This document shows, piece after piece, positions 54,736 through 64,000 of a DNA stretch of 64,000 nucleotides. The position numbers were made by a program, and so were the translations under genes. The DNA is from Chloropicon primus (lineage: Eukaryota). The notes under the pieces are model-generated. The model did not search any database. It saw only the letters and a list, made by a program, of their open reading frames with translations, and was not told the origin of the DNA. Position 1 is the stretch's first letter. Each line of letters begins with the position of its first letter. The DNA is taken from positions 186,001 through 250,000 of the forward strand of contig CP060761.1 of the NCBI GenBank assembly GCA_023205875.1, in the 5' to 3' direction.

Positions 54736-56300
54736 CTAGTTTTCTTCCGCAGGAGCCTTGGCGGCGGATCCATTCTTGAGCCAGTTGTCAGCCATGTCCC
54801 AGCGATCCGCGTCTTCCTCGGCGCCGTTCGACTGGCCTTCCTCCACCGGTTCAGCGGCATCCAGAATGTTTTCCTCGCTGATTCCGGAAACTTTCCTCTG
54901 GATCTTCGCATCTTTCTCGGCCTTCAATCTGGACTCCGCCTCCATTCGAAGGTTCATGGAGACTTCCCTTTGGATCTTCTTCTTTTCAGCCTTCTCGGCC
55001 AACTTCTTCACCTTGGCCTCGTTTCTCTCCATGGATTTGGAGGCCTCCGCTTGGGACATGTTTTCGAGTTTCCACCCTTTTTTCGCCTCGGCGTCGGCAT
55101 CCACCTTCGCTTCGGCTTCCACCTGACGAAGCCTCGATCTCTCGATTCTCAGCTTCTTCTCCTCGGCTTTCTGCTCGGTTTTCTGCGCCCACTGCTGCCT
55201 CAGGTCCGCCCTTCTCTTGTCCGAATCGGAAATTCCGGCGAGAACTTCGAGCTCCCTCTCCTCCTTGGCCTTCCTCTCGGCCTTCATCTTGGCTTCCACT
55301 TCCTTTCTTCTTTTCTTGGATTCCTCCGCTCTCATCTTTTTGAGCTCGGGTTTCGGGATCTGCTTGCGCTCCTCTTCTCTTAACTTCTTGGCCTCCTTGG
55401 TCCTCAATCTCGATTCGCGAGTTGCCATCGTCTTCATGGACCGTGCCTTCTCCGCCTCTTGGATCATTGCCAAGCGAGCCGCATTCCTTAAGTTCTTTTC
55501 CTCGGTCTCCGCTCTCATCTTGGCCTCCGCTTCCACCCTTCTCTGTCTTGACTCCTCCTTTCGCAACTTCTTCAACTCCGGCTTTGCCATCTCTCTGCGC
55601 TTGTCCAACCTTGCCTTTCTCGCCTCCTTCTCCTTCGCCCTTTCGGCTGACTCTGCGGAAGCCGCAGCTTCCTCCTTCGTAATCAAACAAGCGGTTGGTG
55701 AGTCAAAACGGGCAGAAACGCTTCTTGACAACTGGGGAGCCTTACCTTGGCGATCATCTCGACCTTCCACGCGAATCTTTTCTCCGTCTCCGCCTGCGCC
55801 TGAGCGATGACTTGGAGCTTCCTGGCGTTCCTCCTCTCCACCTCGGCTCTCCTGGTCTTTTCCAACTCGCTCCTCGCCCTCCTCGATTCCTCGGCCAGCG
55901 CCTTCCTCCTGTCCTCCCAAGCCGCTTGGTCCTCCTTCGAACGCTTGTAGTTGGTGGCAACAGCCGGAAGGGCAAAGGCAACAAAGGAGCCCACCAGCAA
56001 GGCAGAGTTCCCCTGGTCCAACATCGCGACCTCTGCGAGCTCTCCTCCCCTCCCCATGGACGCCGTCACAGAGGGGGGCACCAGGAGCTCTGAGGCCTCG
56101 GCACTCAGACTCGGCTGACCCGCCACAGCCCACGCCACAATCGCAGCGGCAGCGGCTGCCACGGCCTTCTTGCCCACGGCCTCCTGCGGTGCCCCCTCTC
56201 GCCCAACATCCCTCGCGGCCCTGGCCCTCACCACCGGCCTCGATCCCGCCCCTCGCTTCACCTGGACCCTCCTCGACCCAGCACACACCATCACCTGCAT
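54736..56300 (-). CDS. Plastid/thylakoid-targeted coiled-coil protein, paralog B; exons 56300-55746 and 55674-54736
   Basis: Same N-terminus as paralog A; GTAAGG...AG intron joins the two ORF frames; shared KPELKxxRxEES and ISEENILD..EPVE motifs. Confidence 0.75.
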
Positions 56301-56856
56301 CCCTTCCGAACAGTTCACCAGACCTTCCTCGTCACTCCCGGCGTCGAATGGGTCGAGTGACCGACCAATCGAAAGCCCGTGAACCTTAGTTTCGTTCAGT
56401 GACCCTTGGAAAGTCGCCCTTCTCCCTTGCTCGCGCACCTGCACACCGTAAGCCGTCGTCCTCGTCCTCGCTCGTCCTCGAGTGCTCCTATTGGATAACA
56501 GAGATCTCTCTTTCTCTCTCTGAGATCTGCTTCAGGAGGAGGGAGGAGGTGAGTGGTTTCGAGGAGGGAGGAGACGGCGACGACGGTGGAGGCGTGGCAA
56601 GAGAAGCGTTTCAAACGAAGCGTTATCTCCTCCTCTTTCGTTTGACCCCTCAGTCGAAGGGAATGGTCACATGGGGGACTAACTTTGGGTCGATCTAGTC
56701 CACATCTAGTGCCTTGGAGGACAGAGGCTTGGAGGGGGAGCAAAGGTTTGCGTGCGACTGAGGCGGAGGGGAGGGAGACTGAGGCGAGGGCAAGGGTAGA
56801 GGCGGAAGGGGATTCTCTCGTACTTTCCATTGGTACGTGTCAAGGAGTACGTGGCC

Positions 56857-57918
56857 ATGGCGTCAAGAGGGGTGACGACGTCCTCGCGTTGTTGCAGACC
56901 TTCGCTGAAGGGATGGTCTGCCTCCCTGAGGAAGGCGCAAGGCTCTGAGAGTCGGCGCTCGGCGAGACGGTCGGGCAGGGGTGGTGCCGAGACCTGCGCC
57001 TCCGTGGCGGCAAGCGTGACGGAGGTGAGCGTGCCCATGGTCGGCGAGGTGGAGGAGGACGCGTGCTTGGAGATGGTGAGGAGGCTGAAGAAGGTGGAGC
57101 TGTCGATGGACGGGCACGAGGAGAGCGTCTCGGTGAGCTTTGTCGGGCCGAGTACTTTGGGCGACGCGAGCAAACCGGCCCTGCTGATGCTTCACGGTTT
57201 CGACAGCTCCTGCCTGGAGTTCAGGAGGCTTTTCCCTCTCCTCGAGGAAGAGTTCTCCGTGTACGCGGTGGACGTCCTGGGGTGGGGGTTCACGAACAGC
57301 AAGGGGCAAGACTGCGGCCCCAAGTTCAAGTCGAGCGCGGTGGTGGAGTTCATCGACAAGGTGGTGGGCTCGGGGGGGAAGGTCACCGTGCTGGGCGCCA
57401 GCCTCGGCGGTGCCCTGGCCATCGATCTCGCGGCGACGAGGCCGGACTTGGTGGACAAGCTCGTGCTCGTCGACGCGCAGGGCTTCCAGGACGGCCTGGG
57501 GGCGCTGCAGTACCTTCCGGACTTTCTGACCAAGTTCTTTCTGGAAATTTTGAGGTCCGTGCCTCTGCGGAACCAGGCCAACAAGATGTCGTACTTTAGG
57601 AAAGACGAGTTTGCGACGGAGGATGCCTTGAAGATCGGCCGGCTCCACTGCTTCAAGGACGATTGGGTCAGCGGCAACTTGACCTTCATCAAGAGTGGCG
57701 GGCTTGCGGTGAGCGAGCTCATTCCAAGGATACAGCAGCAGACTCTGGTGGTCTGGGGCGACAACGACGAGATCCTCCCCAAGGAGGACAAGTTCAGATT
57801 CGTGGACGCCATTCCGAACTCAAACCTGAGAATCATCGCGGAATGCGGTCACGTTCCGCACTTGGAGAAGCCCCAAGAGCTCGCGTTTTACATCAAGGAA
57901 ATGCACGACAGGGCGTGA
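56857..57918 (+). CDS. Plastid alpha/beta hydrolase
   Basis: LHGFDSSCLEFRRL, GASLGG, WGDND, CGHVPHLEKP. Confidence 0.9.
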   Translation: MASRGVTTSSRCCRPSLKGWSASLRKAQGSESRRSARRSGRGGAETCASVAASVTEVSVPMVGEVEEDACLEMVRRLKKVELSMDGHEESVSVSFVGPSTLGDASKPALLMLHGFDSSCLEFRRLFPLLEEEFSVYAVDVLGWGFTNSKGQDCGPKFKSSAVVEFIDKVVGSGGKVTVLGASLGGALAIDLAATRPDLVDKLVLVDAQGFQDGLGALQYLPDFLTKFFLEILRSVPLRNQANKMSYFRKDEFATEDALKIGRLHCFKDDWVSGNLTFIKSGGLAVSELIPRIQQQTLVVWGDNDEILPKEDKFRFVDAIPNSNLRIIAECGHVPHLEKPQELAFYIKEMHDRA

Positions 57919-58022
57919 CTGATAAGGCGCTACGAACCGATTCAAAACTTGGTTTTACTAGTGATTTACATTTTTTTCCATCTTTGCCATCATCTCCCCC
58001 CCCTCTCTCGCCCGTGTGATGA

Positions 58023-59983
58023 TCAACCCGAGGTCTTGTACTTGTTGAAGTTCAGAAGGTTCAGAAAGGACTTTGGTCTCTTCCCCCTAAGGGAAGAGAT
58101 GGTCTTCTTTGCCTTCCAGGAGAAGACGTTGAACAGCCTTTCCTCCTTTGACCGCGTCCGCCTCGTGCCGCCACGCTTCTCCTTCTTCTCTTCCCTCACT
58201 GACCACCACTTGATCGTCTTGCTTGTGCTTGGGTCCCACATCTCGGCAATCTCTCGCTCCCTCACCGTCTTGGACTTGTTCTTCGACCTGATGTCGTCCA
58301 CCTCCTTCTCGGTCAACCCGACGGTGGACCCGGTGGTCATCCGGTCCGCGAGCCAATCCGATTGCTTTCTCATGCCTTCCGGAACGATCTCCCCCACCTG
58401 CTCCAGGAGAGCGGGCAGAACCCCGAGGCCGAAGTTCGACACGAAGGGATGAGACGCAGCAGCGCTGGCGCCGATCCTCCTGGAAGGATTGTTGTTGATC
58501 AAACGACGAAGCAAATCCCAGCCCCTGCCGTTGTCCATGTCCAGGATCTCAACGCCTTCGCTGTAGTTCCCCGCACTTCCCTTCTTCGTGATCAGCTCCC
58601 TCCACTTCAAGATGTCGTAGTCCAACCCCTCCAGCTGCCTGTTGAAGGCGATCAGCTGGTTGTCCCTCCTCAGCGAGGGGAAGCACATCTGAACGAGGAT
58701 CAGACCAACGCTGTACATGTCAAACCGGTCTGGTCTGTTCAGGTTCCACAGCACGGGGCTCAAGACAGCGGCCACCGGCAGCGGGGGTGCCTTGGGGGTG
58801 GAAGTACTCATGATGTACTTTTCTGGCGGGGCATAGCGCGGGTCCAGCAGGAACTCCTTTGGCAGGTAATTTATGCCCACCCTCAAGTCCGCCGCTGCGC
58901 CAAAATCGATGAACTTCAGCTTCCCCCTCTTGCCGCCCACCGCGGAGGGCAGCAGGATGTTCTCCGGCTTGACGTCTCTGTGCACAATCCCGGTGGAGTG
59001 CATCTCGTTCAGCGTGTCGAGGATCTCCTTCATCAGGACTCGGATCACCGCTGCCTGCCTCCTGCTTGGAGGGACGGACTTGTCGAGCGGCTTGCGGAGC
59101 AGCCTCTCCTCCAGATTTTCAGGAAACTTCTTGTCCTGGATGGCATCCGCGAGGGTTTCCTCGCCCTCGAACTTCCAAACCAGCCACAGAGGCGGCCTCT
59201 CCTTCTTCTTCTCCTGCGGGCCCTCGAAGGCGTCCACGAACTTGGGAACCCGGCCCGGGCAAACTCTGCGTCGCGGTCGAAGAAATCGTTTCCCGTGCGT
59301 TGTGCAGGGTCAGCACGAGGGGTGGGCGTGGAGGTCGGCGTCAGTCACAGAATGAGAGAGAGAGGGAGGGAGAGAGCACACGTACGCACGCACAAGAATC
59401 CGGCACACAACACAAGTTGTCTCGGTGCTTACCTCTCGAGCCTCTCGCACATCCAGACCTCTGCCTCGCCGTAGTCGTAGGCCTTCTTCACCACCAGCTC
59501 CTCCGTCGGCTTCCCACTCTTCATCTTGGCCTTGTAGACCTTCCCGAAGCCTCCGGTGCCCAGCACCCTGCCCAGAGCGATGTCTTTGGCGCTCAACTTG
59601 TTCCTGAAAAGAGAATAGAGAGGGGCCAAGAAGTAGTAATCGATGAAGCCAGGAAGGATGCCGGGCTGAGTGAAGAGGTACACGAAAGCCACCCCGCCAA
59701 GGCCGACGAGGGTCGGGTTGATGCCTCTGTTCTCCAGGCGCAAGCTTGGGTCGAGCGTGCTCCTGTGAATCATATCCCCGCACTTCATGCCACTGCAAGG
59801 CATGTACAAGGGCTCCAGCGCCAAGGTCAGCATATCCTTCAAGTGCGTCAAGTCACCCAACCCGAAGACGTCGTGAGGGAGTGCCCTCCTCACCACGGGC
59901 CTCCTCTTCGTCGCGGTCCTCCATGGCGTCCTCCTCCTCGCCACCCCCCTCGCCCCTCGCACAACAACTCCCTTCGCCTCCAT
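58023..59983 (-). CDS. STT7: Thylakoid state-transition kinase; exons 59983-59433 and 59265-58023
   Basis: Lumenal CxxxxC, TM ending PGILPGFIDYY, GTGGFG, HRDVKPEN, DFGAAADLRVGINY..LLDPRYAPPE. Confidence 0.93.
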
Positions 59984-60156
59984 GGCTCTCCGCTCGTCAA
60001 AAAAATCTGATACGGCGAGGAGATCTTCTGAGATCTTATCTTGGAGAAAAAAACTGGAAGGTGCTTTGATGTTTTGTTCTTGTTCTTGTTTTTGTTCTTC
60101 TGGATGCGTGTATGGGGCGGGTTCTTTAATATATAGAATAACAACTTTACTTTAGT

Positions 60157-62526
60157 TTAGAAGGGGAAGGCGTTGTACTCCCTCAATATCACGGGCACGC
60201 TCGAGGGGGGGATCATGCCAACCTCGGTAGCAATCATGGTGATGAACTTCTCCGCCAGGGCGTCGTACCTGAGGTTCAGCAGCCTCAGGTTAGGCAAATC
60301 GTTCCAGTTCTGGAGACACGTGATCTCTGGTCTCCCCTTGACCTCCGCGAGGGCGTCGGGGTCCCCGAGCTCGTTGTGGGTGATGGCGTCGAGCTGAACC
60401 CTGTGGGAGAACTTGTACGTCTCGCAGCAGACCACCACCGGGATGTTGAAGGCCTTGGCGGTGACGGCGACGGCCGCGGCCCCGACCCTGGAGACCACCG
60501 TGCCGTTGGCCAGGGCGCTCGCGGCCCCGATGAACACCGAGGTCACCTGGGGCATGATGTAGGACAGGGAGGTGATGTAAGCGTACGTGCAAGAGATTCC
60601 GATGTCCGCGAGCTTGGAGACCATCTTGCGCCCCTCAAAGTGGGGCCTGCTGTCCACCACGATCACCCTGAACCTGGATCCCCTCTCGTGCGCGGCCTTG
60701 AAGGTCTTCAGGATGCTCGAGGAGAAGGCATACGTCAGGATCACGTCGCCTTCCCGGATCTTGGAGCTCGCCACGTCCGCTATCATGTCGCTCGCGTCGA
60801 TGATCTTGTCCTGGATGTACTGGTCGATCGTGTCGATCAGAATCTTCTTGGCCTCCATGTCTGGCGTGGAGGGGTCGATCGAACCTATTTTGGTCTTGAA
60901 GTACCTGATGGCGTTGCCCATCGTCACCGCGAGGGGTCTGCAGTCGATGAGAAACTGGATGATCACGTTGATGTGGTTCGTGAGGTCCCTCGTCAGGCTC
61001 TTGCCCGCTGGGGTGTTGTAGTCCTGGATCACGAGCTTGAAGATGGCGAGCATGGCCAGGCACCTGGCGTTGCCCCCAGAGATGCTCAGGTTGGCGTAAG
61101 CCTGCCCAAGCTTCACCACCTCGGGGTGCATGCCCCCCGAGAGAAGGGACTGGAAGGACTTTGGTAGAGTCTTGTTGTCGAACTGGGGAAGGTGGGAGAA
61201 GAGCTCCACGGACTTCTCTTGGGTCTCCCTCGGAACGAGAGACTTCCTCTTGTGCCTCTGGAGCTTCTTCTCGTTGTCGAACTCGCTCTGCGGGCCAGAT
61301 CGTGGCCGGCTGAGGGCAGCCGACGAAGTCTTCTCCGACTTCTTCTCGCTGCCCTTCTGCTGCTGCTCGCCCTTGAGAGCGGCCTTGGCGGCTCTCTGCT
61401 TCTCTTGCAGGGCCCTCCTCTCCGCCTTTGTGAGCTTTGGCTTTTCCTTCTTCACGAACTCCTTCTGGGGCTTCTTGGCCTTCTGGGCCTTCTTCTGCTT
61501 CTGCTGCTCGCCCTCGGGCTCGTCCTTCTTGGGGGCCTTCTTCTGCTCGTCCTCTGGCTCTTGGGGGGGAGCCCCGCCGTCACCCGCGGGTTTGCCGGGA
61601 CCCTTCGCCTCGGGCGCGACCGGCTCGAGGTCCGCTTCAGGCTTCTCCGCCGCCTTGGGGGCCTCCGACCCCTCAGCCTTGGGGGCCGAGGTTGCCGCCG
61701 CCTCCCCGGCAGCCCCGCCGCTCGCGTCCCTCTCCGCCCCTCTCGTGGTGGCGACGGCGGGGCTGCTCTCCTCCGCCGGGCTCGCATGGTCGTCGAGCTC
61801 AAGCTTCTTGCCCGGGTACTTCTTCGGCTGCTCCTCTTGCGGTCCGGCCGCCCCTCCCGCGGACGCCGACCCGATGAAGAGGGAGTCCACAGCCCTCCGC
61901 TCCTTTCCGTGCATCGGGCTGTGCGTCATGGACTCCGTTTGGGGCAGAATCATCACGGGAGACCTCAGGCTCAGGTGCACGAGGGGAGGCTCCCCGCCCG
62001 CCTTCTCCTGCTGCTCAGGCGGGGCCGCGTCTCCCCCCCCCGGAGCCTTCTCCGCCCCCGCGTCCTCCGGCTCTCCGGCGTCCGCGGTCGTCGCCGCGGC
62101 CGTCTGCGGCTGCTCCGCGGTCGTCGCCCCAACCAACTCCCCCCTCTCCTGGTGGGCGGGGTCCTCGTGAGCCTCGTCCTCGGCTTGCAGAAGCACCTGC
62201 TTCACCTCGTCCGTGCCGTGCACGAGGGTGTCCTCCTCCTCCGTCGCAGCCTCCGCCCCCCCAGCCTCCGTCGCCACCGGAGGCAAAGCCACCTCCACCT
62301 GGTCCACCTTCGGACTCACAACCTCGTCCTCATTCCCCGCCCCGACGCTCGTCGTCGACGCGCCAACGTCCTCCCCCTCCCCCTCCTCCCTCTCCCCCTC
62401 CACGCCACCCCCGCCGCTCTGAAGTGCAAGCGGAAGGGTCTGGCTGCTCACCTCGCTCGCCTCCTCGCTCGTCACCTCGAACCCCACAACCTTCACGGTC
62501 GGCGTCTTCAGATCCGCGTCCTCCAT
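60157..62526 (-). CDS. EIF2B4: Translation initiation factor eIF2B delta subunit
   Basis: KAERRALQE.QRAAK, LFSHLPQ, GGNARC, CRPL, VVDSRP, CCETYKF, NELGDP, PPSSVPVILRE. Confidence 0.95.
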   Translation of the reverse strand: MEDADLKTPTVKVVGFEVTSEEASEVSSQTLPLALQSGGGGVEGEREEGEGEDVGASTTSVGAGNEDEVVSPKVDQVEVALPPVATEAGGAEAATEEEDTLVHGTDEVKQVLLQAEDEAHEDPAHQERGELVGATTAEQPQTAAATTADAGEPEDAGAEKAPGGGDAAPPEQQEKAGGEPPLVHLSLRSPVMILPQTESMTHSPMHGKERRAVDSLFIGSASAGGAAGPQEEQPKKYPGKKLELDDHASPAEESSPAVATTRGAERDASGGAAGEAAATSAPKAEGSEAPKAAEKPEADLEPVAPEAKGPGKPAGDGGAPPQEPEDEQKKAPKKDEPEGEQQKQKKAQKAKKPQKEFVKKEKPKLTKAERRALQEKQRAAKAALKGEQQQKGSEKKSEKTSSAALSRPRSGPQSEFDNEKKLQRHKRKSLVPRETQEKSVELFSHLPQFDNKTLPKSFQSLLSGGMHPEVVKLGQAYANLSISGGNARCLAMLAIFKLVIQDYNTPAGKSLTRDLTNHINVIIQFLIDCRPLAVTMGNAIRYFKTKIGSIDPSTPDMEAKKILIDTIDQYIQDKIIDASDMIADVASSKIREGDVILTYAFSSSILKTFKAAHERGSRFRVIVVDSRPHFEGRKMVSKLADIGISCTYAYITSLSYIMPQVTSVFIGAASALANGTVVSRVGAAAVAVTAKAFNIPVVVCCETYKFSHRVQLDAITHNELGDPDALAEVKGRPEITCLQNWNDLPNLRLLNLRYDALAEKFITMIATEVGMIPPSSVPVILREYNAFPF

Positions 62527-63141
62527 CACGACACGGCACGTCACGACACGACACGACACGACACGACGCCTCACGCCGCTTCGCTCTCCTCCTCTCCTCC
62601 TCTCCTCTCCGCCAGGGTCAAGCAAGCGCTAGAGCTTCTTCCCCGTCAGTCGTGTTGTTGTTGATGACGATGAACGATGCTGGTGCTGCGGAGGATGCCG
62701 GACGCCAATCCTCTCGAGGGAGGGCTCTTTCGAAAGAGGAAGGAGAGACGGTTCCGACGGTGTCCCCCCTCCCCGCTCCCCCTCCTCGACGCTCCCCCTC
62801 GGCACGGGAACTCACCTTTCCGATCGCGCGATGATCGATCGCGCGCTCCTCTTGCTTTTGAGAGAGAGAGAGAAAGCCGCCAAATCGATCGCGTGATCGA
62901 TCGAGGAAGAGGAAGAGGAAGAGGGAGCGATCGGGAGCGATCGCGCGCGAGGGACGGCGGCGAGGGTGCGATCGCACGATCGCCATCGAAGCGTCTCATC
63001 TTTCTCTTTCGAAAGAGCCGTCGCGATGGTGGTCGTGACGTGATTCGATTCTCCAGCAGGTCCTGGATTGATTGTTTGATTGATTGATTGATTGTTTGAT
63101 TGATTGATTGATTGATCAGGAGTGGTGTCGAGCACGTGGTG

Positions 63142-64000
63142 ATGGAGCACGGTGACGAGGCGGTGGTGAGGCTGACGGTGACGAACGCGTGGTCCCTCGC
63201 CGGGGTCCTCCACGCGCTGAAGACGTCCGCGGCGCAGTCGACTGGAGCGTCGTCCGGAAGCGGCGCAGGCCAAGCGAGGCGGGGCGGGGGTGCGAGCCAG
63301 CACGCGAGGGGCGGGGGGACGCGGGTGGTGTGCTCGGTGTGCCTGAGCTCGGAGGGGGCGCACATCCAGTGGGACGACGAGACGAAGAGCTTGCAGAGCC
63401 AGATCATGGTGAGGAAGGACTCCTTCTCGGACATTTACGTCCACCACACGGTGGAGGACAGGAGGGTGAAGTTCGGGGTGGGCCTGGGGCAGCTCGCGGA
63501 CACGCTCTCCCTCTTCGAGTCCGAGCTCGGGTCGTCGGAGGGGCTGGTGGTGAGCTACAACCCGAGCGACGAGAAGCAGCTGCAGATCGAGACGAGGTCC
63601 GTGGTTTCCCTGGACGACGTCGTCGTCGCGGAGGAGGGGGGCAGGGGGCGGCAGCAGCAGCGGGGGTCCTCCGCCCCGGAGGACGTGGAGGTGAACACCT
63701 ACGCGAAGATCGCCGTGCAGTCCGACCCCCCGGCGTACGTGGACTGGCTCGACGCCTGGGAGGGCCCCGACACCTCGTTCCACGTGCCGTCCCGCCTGCT
63801 GCGGGAGGCGGTGGAGGACCTGGAGTGGCCGGGGGGGAGCGTGAGGCTGAGCGTGACGAGGTCGCCGCCCCAGGTCGAGTTCGTGTCCGCGGGGGCGGGG
63901 GCCCTCAGCGTGAAGCTGCCGGAGAGCGAGGTCAGCGGCCTGCACTGCAGCGCGGACCACGTCTGCCACGCGTACAGCTTCAGGAGCCTGAGGAAGACCC
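63142..64000 (+). CDS. RAD1: 9-1-1 checkpoint clamp subunit Rad1 (3' partial)
   Basis: Open + frame to the window end: KSLQSQIMV..F, FGVGLGQLADTLSLF, LLREAVEDLEWPG, G.GALSV, YSFRSL. Confidence 0.8.
   Translation, partial: MEHGDEAVVRLTVTNAWSLAGVLHALKTSAAQSTGASSGSGAGQARRGGGASQHARGGGTRVVCSVCLSSEGAHIQWDDETKSLQSQIMVRKDSFSDIYVHHTVEDRRVKFGVGLGQLADTLSLFESELGSSEGLVVSYNPSDEKQLQIETRSVVSLDDVVVAEEGGRGRQQQRGSSAPEDVEVNTYAKIAVQSDPPAYVDWLDAWEGPDTSFHVPSRLLREAVEDLEWPGGSVRLSVTRSPPQVEFVSAGAGALSVKLPESEVSGLHCSADHVCHAYSFRSLRKT

Overview
Gene-dense, GC-rich nuclear DNA from a compact green alga. The evidence is short GT-AG introns, plastid-targeted genes (STT7/STN7, FAD6, DPE1, plastid L28) and AGG/AGA-biased Arg codons; a Chloropicon-like picoalga is my inference, not shown. 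It holds about 30 mostly ordinary genes: cNMP-binding protein, hydrolases, DNAJC17, F-box/WD40, GT29, WRKY, VPS50, receptor guanylyl cyclase, NUP107, PP2C, RPL23a, eIF2B-delta and RAD1. Four regions stand out. (1) A ~1.45-kb foreign-looking insert (6688-8130) encodes a tandem PD-(D/E)XK-like nuclease with an NLS. It is flanked by a 7-bp direct repeat and appears to form a GT-AG spliceosomal intron of a minus-strand host gene, next to an orphan Rsm22 fragment. (2) A 3 x 1523-bp near-identical tandem amplification carries a secreted His-rich polyprotein with prohormone-like processing and amidation signals. (3) An unannotated intronic box C/D snoRNA cluster sits behind telo-boxes. (4) A paralog pair has near-identical promoter and transit-peptide segments but diverged bodies. 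No searches were run; family calls rest on motifs recognised by eye.
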